DNA from: Dicyema japonicum | Taxonomy: Eukaryota; Animalia; Dicyemida | Direction of reading: 5' to 3' | NCBI GenBank assembly: GCA_011109175.1 | Contig: RDEW01000004.1 | Location: 1,252,667 to 1,316,666, forward strand | DNA length: 64,000 nt | Shown here: piece by piece, positions 14,170 through 27,052 of the stretch | Numbering within the stretch: position 1 is the first letter of the stretch | Layout: the number at the start of each line of letters is the position of its first letter | The notes under the pieces: generated by a model | What the model saw: the letters and a program-made list of their open reading frames with translations, nothing else | Told to the model about the DNA's origin: nothing | The model's database searches: none | Program-made: the position numbers and the translations under genes

Positions 14170-14830
14170 TTTTATTTACCAACCCAAGACCACGATAAAA
14201 CCAAACTAATTATCACGTGATCCCGATGCATTCTAACAGCGACCTAATCTTTGGCCGGTGTACTTCCCTCGTGCCCACATATGAATGTACAGGACGGCTA
14301 ACTGAATTTTCGTGGCCACCTTCCCGTGTTCTGGAGTCTAGTCTCATAAAGGCCTCCAGAGGCGTAGGCCCGGTTCGGTGATTTTCACAAATCCAACGCT
14401 CCGTTACTCTGTAAGCTCACTTCTGCATTTCCTCATATTTGTCCAATATATGGACTGTCCCACGAGGCGCATGCATATGAGAAACATGGCTCGATATACT
14501 GTTTGTATATGTTTATCAGGACCGAGTGAGTACCACTCATCCATATATTAGATAAACTTTTCAATACGTTCAGTTTCTTCTCGCATTTCAATAGAATGTT
14601 TTCTACGTGAGGTGTCAAACAGATATGCATATCAAAATGACTGTCTTCCTTCCCAATTTTTTGTCAGAGGTAAAAAGTCACGTAAACGACTTCTCTGCTT
14701 TCATTATGAGTCGGTTTTCCATTTTCCAACCATTAAGCTTGTCCAGGTTAATTTGTATTCTTTCTGTGGCTTTCTGGATGTTCTACCAGATAATAATTAA
14801 GTGTATTTCATTTTTTGAACTATCTATTTG
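14170..14830 (-). mobile_element. APE-RT LINE (family A), 3' fragment
   Basis: ILLKCEKKLNVLKSL...YKQYIEPCFSYACASW matches the 25664-25990 region; ends in the family 3' signature GGGATCACGTGA (14214-14225). Confidence 0.75.
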
Positions 14831-15089
14831 TAATTATTTTACAAAGTTAATGTTCATAATTTAGTTAGAAATATTTCCTTTTTAGCAAAGACTTTCTTCG
14901 ATCAATTTAGTGTTTGGAGTTCTCCAACACACTCTAGGTCATCCACAGATTTCGGTTCTGAACAATCAAGATTACTTGTTCCGTCGTCCTGAGAGTCTTT
15001 GTTATCCATCCTCGTATAGATATTATTTATTTCCTTCTTTAACTCCTAAGTTCTTTCGACAAAACCCGTCTTATTTTTGTATGAAACAA

Positions 15090-16480
15090 TCATCGACTCA
15101 AAAGTAATACCAATGATTTAATATACGTGTAGGTTCTTTCACTTATGTTTAGAAATATGGAATGTTCCCACGAATGTTAGGTTACCAATCCATCCCAAGT
15201 CAGTGCTATCGGGACAATTCTCACTTTCGTATGTTGTATTGATTCCAGTTCTTTCGATAAAAGATCATACTTTCTCTATTTTTCGAATTCTACTTGTTGG
15301 AGATTTTGGGTTGATGTTATACCCACTTTAACCAACAGTATTTGATTTTTCTTTTTGTCGTAGATAAATAACTCAGACTTGTGTTCAATGTTTATATCGG
15401 TTTTGAGAAAAGTATCAACTCTTATCTCTACCGAATCATTCATCACAATTGTTTGCACTGAGTGGGTTTTTAATCTTTGTTTTTGAGACCGTTTTTTGCA
15501 AAATGGAAGTGAAGGCACCGTACGACTTCATTATGTCTTCTGACGTAATCTCCGTGCAACATTGTGCCACATCTCGTAGCACAATGATCGACGGTTTTCC
15601 TTTATTTTTTACACAAGGTGAAAATCTTGGTCAGTTCTCCAAAGAAGAGATTTATGTCCTGGACTAAACAGAACAAGTCTTCTGATTTTGGAGAATTGTT
15701 CCCTTTTGCTAGTCACATAGATGAAAACTCAGTGTTTACAAATTCTTTGATAGGTTTTTATACACTTGCGAATGAAGACTTTTCTTACTTATTTATTTAT
15801 TTAAGTTTTCTCTTTTTAGATCAATCAAAAATTTACTATCCAGGATAAATGTATTGTCAACAGAGTACTTTTACCGCAAAAACTCTTCAATGGTAGCCAT
15901 ATTTGTTTAACTTAAGGTTTCGGCCTGAAGAATAGCGGAACTTCTGCAAAAAAGTACTTTTTCGGCCTGAATTTCTTTCAAGTTGTTCGAAAACCAAATA
16001 ACATTCTCTCACTAAGAAAAAAGATCGAGCACAATACTTTCCCTAGTATGTTACAAAGTAGGTACAGTCTCTCTTGCAAGCTGGTTTAAGATGTATATGA
16101 TGTTCAGGAAAATATGGATAGAAGTATCAATCATCTCCAATTCATTCGGTTCCAAATCAATTAAGCCGATGTAGTATAAAGATAATGCATGTTCGTTGAA
16201 TGGTTTAAAAAGGTTGACCGAGTTCAATTTAGTATTTAATAATTTTTCTATTTTTAGAATATTTTAGAAAATATTGTTTTAAGCATGTCTGCCTTGTCAA
16301 TTTGCCTAGATGGGCCTTCCAATACAACCAAAAACTTATATCCATCAATTACTTTAGCTTCATTTGATAACAAAGAATTAGTAGCCGATTTATCCAAGTT
16401 CTTTTCGAGACCAACAGATTTGAACTATAAATTGACTTGTCTTAACAATAACTTCTTCATCGTTCGAAATAAGTTTTAGA
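15090..16480 (-). mobile_element. R4/Dong-like RLE non-LTR retrotransposon (family C), decayed
   Basis: KLLNTKLNSVNLFKPFNEHALS..YYIGLIDLEP; HSVQTIVMNDSVEIRVDT...ILLVKVGITS.QNLQQVEFEK; LTWDGLVT. Homologous to 29847-31630. Confidence 0.75.
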
Positions 16481-16504
16481 TCGTTTATGAACAAAAGATG
16501 ATTA

Positions 16505-18159
16505 CAGTCCGACCCCGTTTTGGGCACTATCGCTTTTTGGGGCATTTTTCATTTGGAGTCTATTTTCCAGCATCATTAAAAAAATTGGCTTTATTGTTGC
16601 ATCAAAAATTGGATTTAATACTTTCAAGGGATCTAATGGCTGGTTACACCGATTTAAGGTTAGACATGAACTAAAATTTAAAACAATTTGCGGCGAAAAA
16701 GATTCCTGCGGTTAATCCCACATAAATGCCTATTTTAATAAATTTAATAAGAAAATCGTTAAATATGGAAATGTGTTCAATTGTGATGCAACATCACTTT
16801 ATATAAAAATGACACCAAAAAAGTCATATGTTGAGTGATGATCAATCATCTGGATACAAACAATCCAAAGAAAGAATTACAGCACTTTTATGTTGCAATT
16901 ATGAGGGTGAAAAACTGGAACCATTGATTGTTGGGAAATATAATAAACCTCACTTTCAAAAATTTCGATGTTAAAGATTTTTGTGTTTTAATTTCAGCTT
17001 CCAAAAGTGCATGACTGGGAACATTTTTAAAAGCTGGTTATGCAAGCTAAATTAAAAATTGGTTACTCAACAAAACATTATTATTACTTGATAATGCAGG
17101 ATGTCATAAAACTATTGAATGCTCCAATATCGAATTCTTTTTTTTGCCTAAAATTACGACATCCTATACACAGCCATTAATAATAATAATAGCCTTTTCA
17201 CGAGAGCCATAGTATTTATAGCTCCGCATAGGCAGGACACACACTTTATTTAAGTGAAGATCACTTCTTAGAACCAAGGAATGATCATTTCTTTTTTTTC
17301 TTTTTCTTGTGTGAATGTCCTTTCTAGACAATCCAATTCCTCAGTGAGTATCCACTGATGACGGCGTCACTCGTCAAACCCTTTCTGCATCGTAGATGCG
17401 TGAAACCTTCCACCAGGTGAGCAGTAGCGATATTCGAACCCGTAGCCTAAGCCACTTAAGCCCGACACTTAACCACTATACCACCCGGCTATGGGGATCA
17501 TAAAAATATTCAAAAACTATTACTCAAATTTTTTAGTTGAATTTTTATGCCTTCAGGACATCGAAAGTGATCTTAAAGAACGTCTTTCAAAATTAAATCT
17601 TCGTCAGGTTGTAATGCTAGTTTCAAAAAGTTGGAATGAAGTAACAGAAATTTCAATCACAGATTGTTGGAAACAAATTGAAAAAAATCGTGATGTCTTA
17701 ATTATTGACGATCGCCTACTTGATGAAATAATGGCCGAAGCTGTAAATGAAATATTAACCGAGGCTGATGATAAAGAAACTATTGAATGCGACACTTTTA
17801 TGTATAATGGAGATATAGCTGAAAACGAGGACGTGACAAAGAAACAAATTCTGGAAACTTTGAATACTCTGGAACAGAACATTTCCTGCATAACACCAAA
17901 GTCATTAAAAAATTCTACCAATTCCGAATGACAGTAATGAGAAACATCCGAAATGGTTACAAAATTAAAGAAAAAATAACCGATTACTTTGTTAAAGAGC
18001 GACTTGATAGATATTATTATTCATAAAATAAAATCTCTTACCTTTTTTACATTTATATGGTTTAAAATAAAAGATTTTAGAAAATAAAAAACAATAACTC
18101 CTGTTTTCGGGGCACTCCTGCTTTTTTGCCACTTTGTGTTCCAAACCGGGGTTACACTG
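16505..18159 (+). mobile_element. Tigger/pogo-like DNA transposon, decayed, interrupted by a SINE
   Basis: TA-flanked termini: CAGTCCGACCCCG at 16505 and the reverse complement of CAGTGTAACCCCG ending at 18159. Transposase remnants FKGSNGWLHRFKVRH, VFNCD, KERITALLCCN, LLDNAGCH and QPL/(D)MGIIK. Confidence 0.85.
17180..17490 (-). mobile_element. tRNA-derived SINE, apparently full length (about 310 nt)
   Basis: A box TGGTATAGTGG (17473-17483), B box GGTTCGAATA (17431-17440), unique body and (ATT)n tail. It splits the Tigger QPL|DMG motif. Confidence 0.75.
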
Positions 18160-18479
18160 TAGTTAAAAACGATTAAATTGACTGATCATTACTGGTAATC
18201 GAAACTTTAGGATATCTGTTATTAATGAATCGACTAAGTGAATCTAACAATAGCACAAATAGCATAGGAGACTAATTATCTCACTGTAAAATTCCTTTGT
18301 AGTTTGATAGTGCGTATATTTTCTTTATTCAAAAAAAGCTTGAGTTTCCAGTTTTGAATAAGTATTTTAATTACATTAACAATCCACATTGGAATACCAG
18401 TTTTCAAAGACATCAAAATGAAAATCATGGTTTACTGAGTCGAAAGCCATTTAACGTCAATCCATGCTGCATAAACCAA

Positions 18480-19200
18480 ATGGAGTCCTCAAGGATCTCC
18501 ACTATCGCCAGCCCTTTTCAACCGCATTACGAAAATTGTCTTCTACTATCATACGCGGACGATATCATTATCGCTGCAAAGGACAAAAGTACCAAACTGC
18601 TACCACGATGGCCCAGAACATGCTTAACAATTTAACTTCTTGGCTCAAGAAACTTCGTCTTGAAGCTTCCCATAAAAAATTCTATACTACCCTATTTACA
18701 GCGTGCAAGAAGCACTATTCTTTGAAACCTAACATTTCTCTCAAAAACACAGTAATTCCCATCAATTACATACCAAATATATTTGGAGTAACACTCGACC
18801 AGGGACTCTCTTTCCAAAGCATGTGGGTAACCGGTGATCTACAATCAGTATGTCCAGCCGACGTTGCTCTATGCAAGTGAGGCTTGGTCTTTGTTTTAAG
18901 AACATCGACCATCAAATATGCAATCGGCCAACATTCTCCCATATATCTACAAAAGATTTTTTCATCCAAAAACAAAAATTTTTCATCAGAGAAACAAAGA
19001 TACCAGAGCTACTCATCTCATATCTCCAGACGAACAGGAGATATGATCCGAAGTCCTGCCCTTTTAGAAGGGCAATTCTGGACGCCCGTCCCCGGCGGAC
19101 CCAGGTCCCAAGTTGTGGTCTGGGATCACTTAGTTAGTTAAGAACTTTCTTTATTCTATTAACCCGGTGATTCTGGGACAATAATAATTATTGTTGTTGT
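18480..19200 (+). mobile_element. Family A LINE, internally deleted 3' fragment
   Basis: LLLSYADDIIIAAKD...LTSWLKKLRLE; 3' signature GGGATCACTTAG at about 19122 followed by a simple-repeat tail. Confidence 0.75.
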
Positions 19201-20059
19201 TTTATATTAATAAAAATTTCCCCATTAAATAACCAATTTTTGTCCTCACTTTTACAAAAATTTAATTTTTTATTTTTTAATGTATGACGTGGATTATTTT
19301 TTTACGATTAGTGTGCCGCGGAAATTATTTTCTGAAAACCTCTGCTCTTGACTATCCACCCAGAGTTGATTCCAAAAATTTTCGAGATGATTTTTAAAAC
19401 TGTGAATTTATTCAGGGCAGCTGTCACCAAAATTTTCACTGAGAATTCTCAGTGAAATTTGAATCCAAGAACGTTTGAGTAATATTGACAGGAATAATCA
19501 TGGTGTTTAGAAGATGCTTTATTTGATGTTGTGGTATTTTTACACGTAGTGAATAGGCATGCAAAGGACATTATTGGCAAACAACGAGGTCAGAATGTCC
19601 AGCATTTCCTGTATAACTTCGGTTTAATCCTTTTCAGATAAGCTCGATCGTCCATGAAAAGTTTTAGATATAGAAACATATTTCATCAGAGAATTTGGTA
19701 GAACGTAGATTTAATTATCTGGCTCAGCGGTAGATCTCTCAAGAGACTTGATAGTGTTCCAGGCTGTTTTCACGGAGGGGTTTCTGACTTTGGATAGCCT
19801 CGGCCAATATTTTACTCCTAATATTGACGTATTCCCCAATCTCCCTGTTAAAGGTACACATTCTAGTGATTTCAACATTATAAAACTTCTTCAAACTATT
19901 CCATTCTTTAGTCAATTATGTTGTATAACAAAGTGTCTTTACGAGGAAGGATTTCTAACTATCGGAATACACATGTCTTTGCATCGTAAATAATATTGTT
20001 GGACTATTTGGTCATTCGATCAGCAAAGTTATTACTAGGGTACTTCTCCGGTGAACACT

Positions 20060-20150
20060 AGAGACTTGTGGAAGCACTAGTTACTGTATGCCTGCGGACT
20101 GCAGGCCTCCTACAAAATAGCGAGGCCGGGGTTGATGACTAACTTAGTAC
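20060..20150 (-). repeat. Dispersed repeat family E with GGCCTC/GAGGCC hairpin
   Basis: GGCCTCGCTATTTTGTAGGAGGCC resembles copies at 28285-28345 and 40431-40511. Confidence 0.5.
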
Positions 20151-21012
20151 TTCTAAGAGTCTAACATACTTATTAGCTAAAACTTCGAATTTGCGATGTC
20201 AAAATCGATTATGGCTGGAAGATGTCTTTTTGAAATTTTTCGTGTCTACAAGATGATCGGAACTCAACATATTGTATTCGACAGACCAACTGATTAACGG
20301 AGCCAGAAATATCCATTAAGAGGTCAGAGGATGATGGTATTTCATTATGTCGAGTAGTTCTTGTATAGAAGATCTGGTTGTTTGAGGTGCAAAGATTGTC
20401 CAGGCCCTCAGTTAGTATTTTCCTCTCCCATCATGAGCTTGTCCCGGGAACTAAAGAGTATGTTTTACATTCAAGTCTCTGCAAGTTATCGGATTTTTGA
20501 TTGTAGTAAGGGACGAAATTCAAAGGCGTCCAGCATTAGCTTGTAAGCAGTAGGTACAAGTTAATTAACGTTGGAGATTCATGGAGGTTCGAGACTGCTA
20601 TTATCTGAGAGACATTTATAGACATAGTCGGTGATACCTTCGTAACTTCCATTTCATATAATAGAGAATAAGTCTCTTCCAAGTTTTGCATGTCTGTCAC
20701 ATGGGATCATCAGGTAACTAGGAACTTTGATGTTCCATTTTCTATCCAAAGTTCGACTTCTTGCAATACCAACATATAAATGTGGCGTCTTTCTGTGAGG
20801 TTCCTCATTTCAATGGTCTTCTTGTCTCAGTTACTATGAAATTGTACGACTGTTAATAGGTCCAGATATGCTTCAATGTTCCCTCCGATCTGTCTCGTTT
20901 AAAAGATAAGAAAATTACGATTCTCTTTTTTCAAATGTCACCACAAAATTTCCACTACAGAATAATCCCCTTACACGAAAATCAACAAAATAGCATAAAC
21001 CAATAAACTCAA

Positions 21013-22890
21013 TTAAGTTTTATTAAAAGGGTGGTCAACAAGGACCGATCTATTAGTAATAACATAAATAAAGGAGATGAGCAACAAAAATCCATATGAA
21101 AACAAATATTTGTAAAATCCAGAAAAGCCTAGTAAGGTTTTTGACATAAATAAAAGGATAGGAACAAAGATTAGAACCCCCATAATCTATGTAAGCCAAT
21201 AATCGAATACCAATTTCAGTTTAGCCAGAGTGGTCTTCCTCCTCTTACAGTAATTACGAAGGTGTTCCCCCTGGCTTAGTTTTCCAGTAAAGTAGTCAAT
21301 AGAGTCCTAAACTGAATCAGCCCACAACCTGTCGTCCACCGTCCAGGAAATTGTTGAGAATATACCGTCGGATAGAATTTGTCAGGTCATTCAATCTCCC
21401 TCTCAGAGTCCGTTTCCCTAGTCTACAGTTACCCACGTGCTGGACCTCGTGAAATCAGTCTTCAATGCCTTGGTCCCTGAGTACTGTTCACTAAGCATAT
21501 CCGCGTGATCGGCCCATATATTTGAGAGTACAGCCATGTCAGATCTCGTGAGATCGATGGAAGAATCATCTAATATTCTAAGCTGGGCGCGGAGAACTCG
21601 AACCCCGAGAAGGTTCTGAACCACGTTTGTGCGATCCAAGCAGTCAATGCAGTTAGTCCGAATCACTTCAGTCTGGTCTTTCAACACAACCCCTTCTTTA
21701 ATTTGGACAAAACTGGGTTACTCCTCAAACAACCTGGGTTCATCCAAACTCTCCACAAATGAAGCCACACTCTGCCAGTTCAGATTTCGACATTGACAGT
21801 GAAAATCAAAAGACATAAATCTAAAATAACCAAATGGCTCACTTCAGAGTCCCCGGAGTATAAGTCTGGGCAAGAGAAGAGACCACTTGTTCATGGATTC
21901 TGGCTAGCTTGCTTTCGGCTCCTCGCCTGTCGAGCAGGTCGACAAAGATAACAGAATTGAAGTCGTTCAAGATGGTTCTAATGTGAAGATCACAAACAGA
22001 GGACTAAAATAAAGACAGGTTTTACATTTTCCGGGGAATCTCGAACCCGGAATTCAGGTTTGTACGATAGGTCGGGGATTTGAGACCACAAAAGGGGGAT
22101 TGACCCCCGAATTTGAATAAACGAGAAAATTTGGTCATCTGAGGAAACAATTTGTTCCGTTTCCACAAAATTTGCTACGTTTCCGTGATAATCAGAGCCT
22201 CTTGCGTTAAATCGGGTACCCGCCACGCGGACTCCTCGTCGAGAGATGAGAACATAGTTGAGCGGGAGAACCGAAGCATGGAGATTTCGAGATCCCACGA
22301 ATCCCTGGATTATAGGAATGCAAAAAATAGTCAATTCTTGAAGGAAAAATTGAGAAAGCAGATTATGATTCCACATGAATTCGAGATTTTGTTGAGATTT
22401 TATGGAATTGTTGAATTTTTGGTATTTTAAAGGTCGAGTGAGGTTGTAGGAGTATGAAAAGTAGAGTCCCTCAGTAGAAAGGACATTGGAAATCATATAA
22501 GACGAGTTCTTAGCCTAATTGACCCCATGAAACCTCTTTATAGCGGAGATTGTCGTTAAGAGTGATCAACTGGAAGGAGGAAACCTTCCAAATATCTGAA
22601 GAGGCTATCTCTGCGACTTTTTCCTTTCCATTTACGACAGCGAGGATTCCATCAGCCAAACCGACGATGGCAGAAATGTTTTGGTATGAATTTGGGATCT
22701 CGTTTGGGGAAGAAAGAGCATCTGAAATATGATTGAGATTATACCGATTGCTGTGACCTTGCATGAATTTCTGTTAATCAGGACCTTAAATTGGTGGAAG
22801 TCGTGGGAAATTGTTACCCAATTAGGAAATATGGTTCTTAATGAAAAACAAGAATTACAGTTCAAATTCTCCACCTGTAGCAGTCACCAT
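21013..22890 (-). CDS. SACM1L: SAC1 phosphoinositide phosphatase, multi-exon
   Basis: GLYFSYSYNLT; LISRR...AGTRFNARG...GNVANFVETEQ; SFIQIRGSIPLLWSQ; catalytic RTNCIDCLDRTNVVQ (CX5R); ALKTDFTR; two C-terminal hydrophobic helices ending VDHPFNKT*. Introns 22-24 nt. Confidence 0.93.
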
Positions 22891-23049
22891 ATTAGGTTAA
22901 GGGATTTAAATATCAATATTTAATTTTATCTTAAAAATTGAGTTAATTATTTTCAACACTTTTATTTATTGTGATAAATATAACACCAGATTTCGACATT
23001 GACAATGAAAATCAAAAGACAGAAATCTAAAATAACCAAATGAGATTCA

Positions 23050-26000
23050 ATTAACCTTAGCGTGGCGTCATGTGGCTCACCGGATGCAACAACTCTGGAG
23101 GCGCTCAAAATGCTCCTAAAGCATTTCCAAAAAGAGCCATTAGCTTTTTTCCACCGGGGGTACATGTCGCCCCGGTCGACGGATTACTGGTCTGGCTATA
23201 GCTTCTCGGATTCACAACCTACACAAGTCAAAGGACCGGATATCCATTATACAACTGAATGTGAACGGAATAAAAGGCAAAATTATTGAACTTAAAACTC
23301 TGATTGTTAAACTTAAAGCTGACATCGTGCTCATCCAAGAATCGAAACTATCAGCAAAAGATACTACGCCCCTCATTCCCGGATACAACATAATACGTGG
23401 ATCGTACTAAGAAACGTGGAGGAGGACAACTTACATTAATCAGAAAAGGCATAAAGTATGAGGACCATACACTCGAGCGAATAAACTTTTGGGGAGTGAT
23501 GAAACCACGGAGACAATCGGAATATCTGTTGGCACAACAAAAGGAAGACTATATTTTGTAAACATGTATATTCCGCCTCCGGGCTCATGTCCGAAACATT
23601 ACACTATGCCGGACTTATCAGCACTGGAGATTTGGAACGAAGTTATGATATGCGGCGATTTGAATGCCAAACACCCCTTCTGACTGTTAAATCAGTCTGC
23701 AGATACAAGAGGAAATTTGCTGTTGTCGCAGTCTGGCAATCTGACAATCATCAATTACCCATCAAAAAACACAAGAACACCTCAAAAGAACTCTGACAAT
23801 TCAACCTCCCCAAATATCACACTCTGTTCACCACAGTTTTCAACAACGATTAATTGGTCCGTCATCTACGACACCCGAAGTGATCATAACCCTATTCTGC
23901 TAAAAATTAAAAGCGAAATTACCAGTGGAAAAAAGAAACCTGCATATATAATCTTGCAAATTGGGAATTTTTCCGATCGGTTACAAACCAACATTTGGCT
24001 AACATACAGCTGGAAAACTTTACCTCCCTTGATGTAGTGGTCGTCTACGTCAACAAAGTCATCCTGGAAGCAAGAACAATAGCTGTCCTTAAAAGATATT
24101 TCGTCTACACGAGAGATTCCGGAAGGAAGGCTCTGGTCATGGAACGAAACCGTCTCAAAAAAAAGCAAGGATCCGTTCATCAGAAGCAAGGATCCGTCTA
24201 AAAGTGCTGAACGAGGAAATAAAAGCCAATGAATTCAAAATACAGAGAGCTAAATGGAAGATGGTCATTAAATCGTAACCGGTCAACATTCGAAGTTTGG
24301 AAGACAATTCGAAATATCTCGAAGGTGGATGAGAGGACACCCGAAAATGACGAATTCAGCCAAAAGGATTTAAACGCCCTAATAAAATACTACGCTAAAA
24401 TCTCTCACAAAAACCACATGAGGACTGACCCACCCAAACCGCCGCTAAGAAAACCAAAAAAAGATCAATTAACTTATTTCACGGAAAAGGAGGTAATGGC
24501 ATTCCTAAACCAAACAAAAGTAACACATTCTCATGGTCCAGACGAAATTCCCATAATCCTCCTGAAAAACCTAGGAAATGAGGGAATTGGTACTCTGACC
24601 AAAATCTATAACTGGTCGATTGATTATAACTNTGATGAATTCAGCCAAAAGGATTTAAACGCCCTAATAAAATACTACGCGAAAATCTCTCACAAAAACC
24701 ACATGAGGACTGACCCACCCAAACCGCCGCTAAGAAAACCAAAAATAGATCAATTAACTTATCTCACGGAAAAGGAGGTAATGGCATTCCTAAACCAAAC
24801 AAAAGTAACACATTCTCATGGTCCAGACGAAATTCACATAATTTTCATGAAAAATTTAGGAAATGAGGGAATTGGTACTCTGACCAAAATCTACAACTGG
24901 TCGATTATTTATAACTCAATCCCACGATGTGGAAACTTGCAAACATTTGCCTAGTATTGAAGCCATGAAAACTGAAAGAAGACCCAGCTTCCTTCAGGCC
25001 TATTTCTCTCTTATGCTCCATGTCAAAAATTCTGGAAAAGATATTTTTGCAAAAATCACTGAAAAGACTCCAGATAAACCATTCCAGCATGGTTTCAAAA
25101 AGGATCGGTCCACAACGAGCTTTCTCACATCCCTGACTAGCTTTATTAGCTCTGGATTTCTGTGCAAGCCAAGACACCAGACAAGACACCAATTATGCTC
25201 ACTAGACGTCCACAAAGCTTTCGACTCTGTGCCGAGGAAGAACCTAACATGGATAATTTACTAATCAGATATCCCTGAAAACCTCTAACGCTGGCTGATG
25301 AATTTCCTTAGCGGACGAAGAGGTAGAGTGTACATGGAAACATTCATTCTGTCTCCCGTTTATTCCAAATTGGAGTACCGCAGGGCTCATCACTATTACT
25401 ATTCAACATGTTTATGGCTGACATTCCGACGCCGATTGGAGAATACGACCTGCTTCTGACTTATGCAGACGATATAGTCTTAGCCTCACGGGATCAGAAC
25501 ACCCAAACACTGACGGAAAAAATACAACACCACATGGATCGACTACTCGAGTGGTTTAGTGAAAATCGAATGTCAATCAATACAGAAAAATCTGTTACAA
25601 CTCTATACCTCGGACAAAAGATTGTCGAACAGGACAATATAAGTTACTGCGTAGAGAAGAGAATTGCCGTTCAGCAAATGGCAAAAAATATTGAGTCTGA
25701 GTTTCTATACGCACATGAACTTCACGAGACATGTCACTAACGTGCTGAACAAATGTGAGAAAAAAATCAACCTTCTGAAATGCCTAACAGGTCTATGCAA
25801 AATTGGACATACCATATACTTAAAACGCTCTACTCACAGTACATCGAACCATGCATTTCATATGCGTGTACTTCATGGGGACCACTGGCCTCTTATACGA
25901 ACATCCAGAAAATCTCCGCAACCCAGGAAATAACCTTCAAACTAACGGAGAGATGGTACACAGGGGAAAACATCAAATGGAGAAACTAATCGAAAAAAAA

Positions 26001-26165
26001 CAAGAATGGACACCAATGCCAAAAAGAAAGTGCTCGTCCGCAACGTATTTGTGTAGGTTCAAAGGATCAACACCGAGAAAAGATGAGAGCCTTGATCCAA
26101 TTCGTCGGGATCATTTAGTTTAGTTTTTTTCGGTTTAACAGTGGTCTTTGGTATTGTTTTAAATA
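23050..26165 (+). mobile_element. Near full-length family A LINE (possible PHD remnant, APE endonuclease, RT), frameshifted; Ingi/Vingi/I-group-like by inference
   Basis: APE: IIQLNVNGIKGK..ADIVLIQESK, ICGDLNAKH, SDHNPI. RT: SHGPDEIP, QHGFKKDRSTTS, SLDVHKAFDSVP, GVPQG, TYADDIVL. 3' signature GGGATCATTTAG at about 26107. The duplication around the N at 24632 is probably an artefact. Confidence 0.9.
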
Positions 26166-27052
26166 ATTTTTAATCAAACGCCTTTGTTCCAACTATATAA
26201 AGAGGTACATACTAGTTCGTTGGATCATTCAGAAAAGCCATAATGTTTGAAGACTGGAAGGAGTGTAATGAGAGACATCCTTTATAGGGAAACAACTTTT
26301 ATAGAAAGACATTCATTATTTACCTCTAAAATTGACAACTAATGAAGTATTTTCAAAACTTAGGCAGCAAAAAACATATTCCCCTATTAGTGAGTCTGGA
26401 GATTCAACAAGACTCTATGAGGAAACTAAAATTAGCCATTTCGAAGACTTCCTTAAAAGCATGAGATGACCTAATTTTTGAATTTTCAGTCACATCCCAA
26501 ATTATTAATCGATTTTTGAGTATTTGTCTTGATTCTACAATTTACCACGTGTTTGAATCGTATATTCTTCATTATAGAATAGTTAAGCATGAAAGTAGTG
26601 TTAACCAAGAAAACTACGCTTTCAAAGTCATCCAGTCTCACGTGGATCCTTGTTGAATCTAGGTCATGAGTCGATTCGATGGACTAGATTTTGTCAAATT
26701 AATGACAAATTTATATTCCAAAGACTTGTCTCATGCGTTCTTGTTAAAGTGTTATTGATGATCTGTCATGTGACTGAAACCACTACAAGTGGGTATCCGC
26801 CGCTGATGCAAATCGGCCATTTATGTTTCACGCTTCTCTTTAGTCTATTTCAAAGAGGGAATGACGGGAATTGTAATTTATTATAAATTTTCAACATTCT
26901 CAATTTGGTGAGAAGAGATCATATGCTTGAATGGCTACGATGATAGTCCCATTGATATTCACCCATCACATCTCGTTATTAGCTTATTAAATCATCCCAC
27001 GAGAATCACCCGGTCGATTTCCTTAGTCCACTCCTTTTTTGTATTGCTGACG

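Noticed and set aside
17350-17385. CTGATGA resembling a hammerhead ribozyme core
   Set aside because: No properly placed GAAA and no stems I/III; it is part of the SINE body hairpin.
17410-17490. Possible tRNA gene
   Set aside because: A and B boxes are present but there is no acceptor stem or anticodon arm, and it continues into a repeat body and tail, so it is a SINE head.
19100-19115. GGTCCCAAG resembling a twister ribozyme core
   Set aside because: It lies in the LINE C-terminal coding remnant and lacks the other twister elements (AGCCC, GAGGG, P1/P2).
19400-20930. Coding-like stretches on the minus strand (e.g. TKEWNSLKKFYNVEI, NIEAYLDLLTVVQF)
   Set aside because: Frequent stops not explained by mini-introns and no recognisable family; at most an unidentifiable pseudogene.
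24346-24905. About 285-nt duplication inside the LINE around the N at 24632 (similar cases at Ns 27660, 28429-28434, 50573 and 52112)
   Set aside because: Near-identical copies sit directly on both sides of an N. This is the signature of overlapping contig ends or haplotypes joined by scaffolding, not biology.
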